NCBI GenBank assembly: GCA_964386665.1
Contig: CAYLQP010000001.1
Span: 48,111-112,110 of the forward strand
Source: an uncultured Candidatus Saccharibacteria bacterium
Lineage (GTDB): Bacteria > Patescibacteriota > Minisyncoccia > Phycocordibacterales > CAIRYW01
Reading direction: 5' to 3'
DNA length: 64,000 nucleotides
Position 1 is the stretch's first letter; every line of letters begins with the position of its first letter. This document shows, in pieces, positions 59,407-64,000 of the stretch. The notes under the pieces are model-generated. The model ran no database searches and had not been told where the DNA came from. It saw nothing but the letters and a program-made list of their open reading frames with translations. Made by a program: the position numbers and the translations under genes.

Positions 59407-60378
59407 TTAATTTAGATGTTTAATGATCAAGTTAACTGTTTCATTTGGAGTTAGGTTCGAGTTGTTAATAACAAGATTATTTTTTAATGGAGCGGATGTT
59501 CGAAAATCATGTTTCTTTAAGTATTCTTTCATAATGGTTTGGTCGGTGAGTTTTTTATATTTTTTTCTTGAGTTGTCTGTAACACGTTTGAGGACTTTTT
59601 GGCTGTCTGCCTGAAGATGAATAAACAAGGCATTTTTTTTGTTTTTTAAAAATATTTTTTCTAATTTTTGCATGTATGCTGGATCACTTAAACCGGTAGG
59701 AGATATGTAATCATGAGAATAGCAATGGGTAATAATTATGTTTTGGTTGTTTCGTGAACAGAAATCATAAAATTCAAAGCGAATTTTTTCTATCATTTGA
59801 TTTGTTTCTATGGCACCGTGTTCAAATACACTTGTAACTAAATCATTGATAAGGTGATTGTGGGTCAACTTAAATCCTAGTTTTTTTGCAAGTAAAGTTC
59901 CTGTGGTTAGTTTTCCGACAGCCATTGTGCCATATAAGACAATAATATCGGTTTTCTTTTTTGATGTTTCTTTATTTATAATACTCGAATGAAATTTTTT
60001 TGGCATATAGCTTTTGATTCGTTTTATTTTAAATTCATATGTCTTGGCAAGTGGTTTGAGTGATACATAGAGTGCTTTTTGGTCATATCCAAGTGCTACA
60101 ATATCGGGTTTTAGCTTATTAAGTACGTTCCAACTCTCGATTTTTCTCTCTCCAATGAAGACTTTTGTTGCTATGCGAAGCTTTTCTACTTCTTTCTTTC
60201 GGATTTTTTCGGAATGTACTGGTTTCTGTCCTTTTAGGTAGATGACATTTTTGTTTGAAGATATTGAAACAAAGATATTGCCTAGCTTTTTTGCTTCGTT
60301 AAGGAAGTGAAGGTGTCCAGGATGGATTCCATCGAAGGTTCCGAAGAGTAATATTTTTTTTGTTGGTTGTTTTGTCAT
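59407..60378 (-). CDS. bifunctional nucleotidyltransferase (HxGH) / P-loop kinase, NadR-like (putative NMN adenylyltransferase plus ribosylnicotinamide kinase)
   Basis: N-terminal LLFGTFDGIHPGHLHFL (cytidylyltransferase-like HIGH motif). C-terminal IIVLYGTMAVGKLTTG P-loop. This domain order matches the catalytic part of NadR. Specificity is not established. Confidence 0.5.
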   Translation of the reverse strand: MTKQPTKKILLFGTFDGIHPGHLHFLNEAKKLGNIFVSISSNKNVIYLKGQKPVHSEKIRKKEVEKLRIATKVFIGERKIESWNVLNKLKPDIVALGYDQKALYVSLKPLAKTYEFKIKRIKSYMPKKFHSSIINKETSKKKTDIIVLYGTMAVGKLTTGTLLAKKLGFKLTHNHLINDLVTSVFEHGAIETNQMIEKIRFEFYDFCSRNNQNIIITHCYSHDYISPTGLSDPAYMQKLEKIFLKNKKNALFIHLQADSQKVLKRVTDNSRKKYKKLTDQTIMKEYLKKHDFRTSAPLKNNLVINNSNLTPNETVNLIIKHLN

Positions 60379-60546
60379 CGATAAGTTGCATTATACATCG
60401 ATATACTGTTGATATCCACTTTGCAATATCCTGCTTACTGATATAATAGATATATGAATGATTTAAGAAACAGCAAAAATGTTCGTCTTATTGTAATTAT
60501 TATTTTATTAGTAGTTGCATTTTATTTATATTTTAATTAAAAACTC

Positions 60547-60930
60547 ATGGATTTGAATAATCTGAAAGATACGGTGACCGAAAAAGTAAAAAGCAATTAC
60601 AAGCCAAACACCGCAAAGAAAAAAGTTCTTCTCGGAGTAATCGTAGTCTTGCTTGGAGCACTTGGTCTTGAAATGACAAACAATGACTTCGATGTAAACA
60701 AACTTATTGAGACGGGGTCATTATCAGAGTCGAGAGTGATGCGAGATAAGGCTGGAAACGTGGTTACCGAAGGAGGGAAGTTCGAAGATGAATATAACTG
60801 TGCGGATTTTGAAACACAAAGTGAAGCTCAAAATTTCTTTGAAAAGGCTGGGGGAGTTACAAAAGATTTCAACCGACTTGATGGAAACAAAGATGGGCAA
60901 GCTTGTGAGAGTTTGAAAAAAGGGAATTAG
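60547..60930 (+). CDS. membrane-anchored Excalibur (calcium-binding) domain protein
   Basis: N-terminal TM helix. C-terminal CADFETQSEAQNFFEKAGG...LDGNKDGQACE matches the Excalibur C.DF.....AQ...DRD.DG.ACE signature. Confidence 0.65.
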   Translation: MDLNNLKDTVTEKVKSNYKPNTAKKKVLLGVIVVLLGALGLEMTNNDFDVNKLIETGSLSESRVMRDKAGNVVTEGGKFEDEYNCADFETQSEAQNFFEKAGGVTKDFNRLDGNKDGQACESLKKGN

Positions 60931-61108
60931 ATAATAGATAGATTATAATTAATAACTAATACAAATATTATGGCAAAAAGATTAAGTACAGATATTAGAA
61001 ACAAAACATCACGATCTCGAAAGACAAAAAAACGACTTGCAGTTAAGCGAGAAAAGATCGCATCACGAAAAAAGAAATAAAACATTTTTTCGTTTTTTAT
61101 TCATATAG

Positions 61109-61723
61109 ATGATTTTCTTTCCTTCACAATATTCTTTTACACTTACATCAAAAAAATCGTTACATAAACGAGATGCGTCTTTGGTTGTTGCAAATAGTAT
61201 TGGGGAAGATACTCAAGGTGTTGATAACAATCGTCGAATGTTCTTCAAAGCTGCTTCTGTGGCAGGGCTTGGGCTTGTTGCGACCGCAGTCCTTCCGAAA
61301 TCTGCTAGTGCCTATATTGCCGGAGGAGCACCAACTTCAAATGTGGTAGGAGTAAAGGATGATGCGAACAATCGAATCAATCCTGCAACAGAGGAAACAG
61401 TCGCAGCGCTTCTTACTGGACAGGGTGTTACAAAACTTTCAATTAGTTTATCTTCTTCTGGGATCGTTCGTACTCCTGCTTCAGGAAAAAAGATTAGAGT
61501 ATATGCATCTCGATTTTCTCTCACTGCAGATGCGACATCTGTTTCGTTTCGTTTTACTGCTGGTGGAACTGATCACGAGAAATACGTATCACCTAAGACA
61601 GGTGGGCTTTATGGTGCAAACAATCATCCCAACTTCATTGAAGGAGGGGTTGATGAAGTGTTATACTGTGTGATAGCTGGAACAACGACCGTTCAAATTA
61701 ATATTGATTATTTAGAAGTTTAA
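61109..61723 (+). CDS. hypothetical secreted protein with twin-arginine-like signal (NRRMFFKAASVAGLGLVATAVLPKSASA)
   Basis: 204 aa. The RR motif is followed by a hydrophobic h-region and an ASA cleavage site. The mature part is T/S/G/A-rich. Confidence 0.5.
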   Translation: MIFFPSQYSFTLTSKKSLHKRDASLVVANSIGEDTQGVDNNRRMFFKAASVAGLGLVATAVLPKSASAYIAGGAPTSNVVGVKDDANNRINPATEETVAALLTGQGVTKLSISLSSSGIVRTPASGKKIRVYASRFSLTADATSVSFRFTAGGTDHEKYVSPKTGGLYGANNHPNFIEGGVDEVLYCVIAGTTTVQINIDYLEV

Positions 61724-61734
61724 TTTAAAGGATT

Positions 61735-64000
61735 ATGGCAAAACGAGTTACAGAGCATTTGTTCACAGGAGGAACAAGACACTATACAATCTATGATTCA
61801 ACAAAGACTACTTTGGGTTCTTTGATAAATCAATATACTGGAGCAGCTGCAACAGACAAATTTGCCGGTCCAATAAAAATTGGTGTTGCAAGACCAAACG
61901 AAACTTCAACAGCTATTCCGAGTACTTACCCCCACGCTTTTCGTTGGGCTGATAAAAAAGGTTTTTATTCAACAGGAACAGTTTCTGTTGCAGAAACTGT
62001 TGTAACTGGGTCTGGGACAGGTTGGCTTACTGATGGGGTGCCAATTGATGCTCGAATCGGATTCGGGACAACAGATCCTGAAGCAGTGACTACCTGGTAT
62101 TCTATCTCTGCAATTGCTTCTAATACATCTATTACACTTCAAACTTCTGCAGGAACAATCGCGGGAGGTACATCCTTTGTTATCAACAAAGAACGTCGGA
62201 TTGACTGGGTGTTCCTTGCTGATATAGCAACCGCAGCAACGACACGACGTACAAGCTTTTTTGAATTTGATCGAGATACGTCTGTCTTTACCTGGAAAGG
62301 ATTTATTACAACTACATTTCCATCTGCAACTAACCACACTATCGTTGGGATGCGGGCCGTGTATCAAACATATACAACAGGAACAGTTGGTGTTTCGACA
62401 GCGACTGTAACTGGTTCAGGAACCACGTGGTCTGCAAGTCGGATATTTATAGGTTCTCGAATTGGATTTGGTTCAACTGATCCTACCCAAATCTCTCAGT
62501 GGTATTATGTAAACGCTGTTGGATCAGATACCTCAATTACGATTCAAGTAAACCCAACAGCTTCAGGAACAGGAGGAACAGCAGCCAGTATAACAGTTAC
62601 AGCTGGTACGGCTTATGTGATTGAAGATTTGCGAATTTTACACGCAACCACAAACGCGACTGCTACAAACGGAGGGTTGTTTATGACTGGTGCGGTTTCT
62701 TATGCTGATTTTACAACTACAGGAACAACAATCGCTGCTGCAGCAACAACTGACAAAGTAAAAGCGTGTTACTGGCTTGCAGATGCGTCAACTGTTACTA
62801 ACGATGTGGCATCTGGTCTTGCTGTTGATGATCGTGATAGTTGGACACAACAGTATTGTTATATTATTGAGCGTCAGGCTGCAACTACTCCTGCTGTATA
62901 TAAATATAATTTTAGAGCGGCACTTACTTTGACAGCAGGAAAGGCAACAAACGCTTTTGTACTTGCAACAGGGATCCAAACAGTGACTGGTAACGTCTCT
63001 CAAACAAATAATGGCCGAATCGGAATCCTTGCTCACGGTCCAGGTTCTGGTATCAAATCTCTCTATTTTGCAACAACTACTCGTGTATATAGAGCGGCTC
63101 TTACTAACATTACAAGTGGTAATACCTCTTGGGTATCTGATGCAATGGTTGAAGTTCCTGCAGGAGGCACTGCAACTTATGGTGCTTCATCTGTGCTTAC
63201 ATCTGTAGAAGTTGCTGATCAGGTTGATCGTCTTATTATTACAACAACTGGTGCTGCAACTGCGCCAGGATCAAACAGAGCTCATATTACTCAATACAAC
63301 ACCACATCAAATCCGTTTGATCATCCATTTCTTGTTGATTCTCGACAAATTGATCAAAGTACTGCTGATTCAAGTTCGGTGCCTCATCCACAAACACAAG
63401 GAGGTATTATAAACGTCTGGTCAGAAGATGGACTTGCGTATCTTGCTCGTACAGGTACGTTATCTACAACAAACATTCTTTATGCAGTGCCTCTTGGAGC
63501 TGATTGGAATTATGCTGATGGAACTGTGAAGCAAAGATTATATACACCAGCATTAAGTACTCCAGATGCAACCAAGTTTTCTCGTGTGTATGTGAGCAAC
63601 CAATCATATCTTGGAGAAGATAATCTCACATTTCCAACAGAACCTTATCGGATTTATTATCGAACAGCAGGAATATCAGATGACTCAGGTAGTTGGACGC
63701 TTATCGATGCAACAGGAGATCTTTCAAGTGCTGTTGCAGCCACAGAAATTCAGTTTGCAATTGAGTTTCGAACGGCAGGAACATTTTGTTTGCCAAGTCG
63801 TATTTATAATATCGGATGTATTTATGAAGACGATACAACTGATAGTCACTATCAACCATCGGTTGCTCAATCAAATATTACAAGTAAATATTTTGCGTGG
63901 AGGTTCTCAACTGCCTTTGGAGGAACAGTGCCAACACTACGAATACGACTGTATAACGCAGTGAGTGGAGGACTCCTTCTTGATGATACAACAACAGCTT
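61735..64000 (+). CDS. large T/G/A-rich repeat protein, 5' partial (continues past the window end); absent from the supplied ORF track
   Basis: Frame 1 is open from the ATG at 61735 (preceded by an AAGGA RBS) to the end of the window, at least 755 aa. Internal ~70-aa repeats are present (GTVSVAETVVTGSGTGWL...RIGFGTTDPEAVTTWY / GTVGVSTATVTGSGTTWS...RIGFGSTDPTQISQWY). Confidence 0.6.
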   Translation, partial: MAKRVTEHLFTGGTRHYTIYDSTKTTLGSLINQYTGAAATDKFAGPIKIGVARPNETSTAIPSTYPHAFRWADKKGFYSTGTVSVAETVVTGSGTGWLTDGVPIDARIGFGTTDPEAVTTWYSISAIASNTSITLQTSAGTIAGGTSFVINKERRIDWVFLADIATAATTRRTSFFEFDRDTSVFTWKGFITTTFPSATNHTIVGMRAVYQTYTTGTVGVSTATVTGSGTTWSASRIFIGSRIGFGSTDPTQISQWYYVNAVGSDTSITIQVNPTASGTGGTAASITVTAGTAYVIEDLRILHATTNATATNGGLFMTGAVSYADFTTTGTTIAAAATTDKVKACYWLADASTVTNDVASGLAVDDRDSWTQQYCYIIERQAATTPAVYKYNFRAALTLTAGKATNAFVLATGIQTVTGNVSQTNNGRIGILAHGPGSGIKSLYFATTTRVYRAALTNITSGNTSWVSDAMVEVPAGGTATYGASSVLTSVEVADQVDRLIITTTGAATAPGSNRAHITQYNTTSNPFDHPFLVDSRQIDQSTADSSSVPHPQTQGGIINVWSEDGLAYLARTGTLSTTNILYAVPLGADWNYADGTVKQRLYTPALSTPDATKFSRVYVSNQSYLGEDNLTFPTEPYRIYYRTAGISDDSGSWTLIDATGDLSSAVAATEIQFAIEFRTAGTFCLPSRIYNIGCIYEDDTTDSHYQPSVAQSNITSKYFAWRFSTAFGGTVPTLRIRLYNAVSGGLLLDDTTTA

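Overview
This 64 kb window is AT-rich (about 35-40% GC by eye) and dense with housekeeping genes. It looks like a reduced-genome bacterium, possibly a CPR/Patescibacteria-type lineage. That call is an inference from gene content: split transketolase, short rpoB, UvrC without its HhH tail, truncated ATP synthase epsilon and delta subunits, NrdB carrying the ATP-cone, and many apparently leaderless genes. Gene order: ahcY and mltG on the minus strand; a contiguous rpoB-rpoC-dnaG-rpoD cluster; a four-gene split PEP-synthase/rifampin-phosphotransferase-like cassette with two histidine-phosphatase-like partners; nrdB(ATP-cone)-nrdA; tsaC, pyrH, gatB; a GC-anomalous stand-alone purH N-domain; gap-rpiB-(AT-rich orphan)-rpe-tktN, then an insertion, then tktC; pfkB kinase and fba; a 1256-aa surface protein; uvrA and uvrC; a metallophosphatase; the full F1Fo ATP synthase operon atpZ-B-E-F-H-A-G-D-C on the minus strand; a GC-rich three-gene island (RHH protein plus two hypotheticals) bracketed by a 22-bp direct repeat; a sugar nucleotidyltransferase; two tandem paralogous structured ncRNA candidates on the minus strand; cysS; a MacAB-like MFP/permease/ATPase efflux operon; mscL, dedA, a NadR-like bifunctional enzyme; an Excalibur protein; and a long T/G/A-rich repeat protein that runs off the window end and is absent from the supplied ORF track. 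No rRNA, tRNA, CRISPR array or transposase was recognised. The three regions most likely to hold something undescribed are the tandem ncRNA pair (52.4-53.0 kb), the split PEPS-like phosphotransferase cassette (13.8-17.3 kb) and the repeat-flanked GC-rich island (50.1-51.4 kb).
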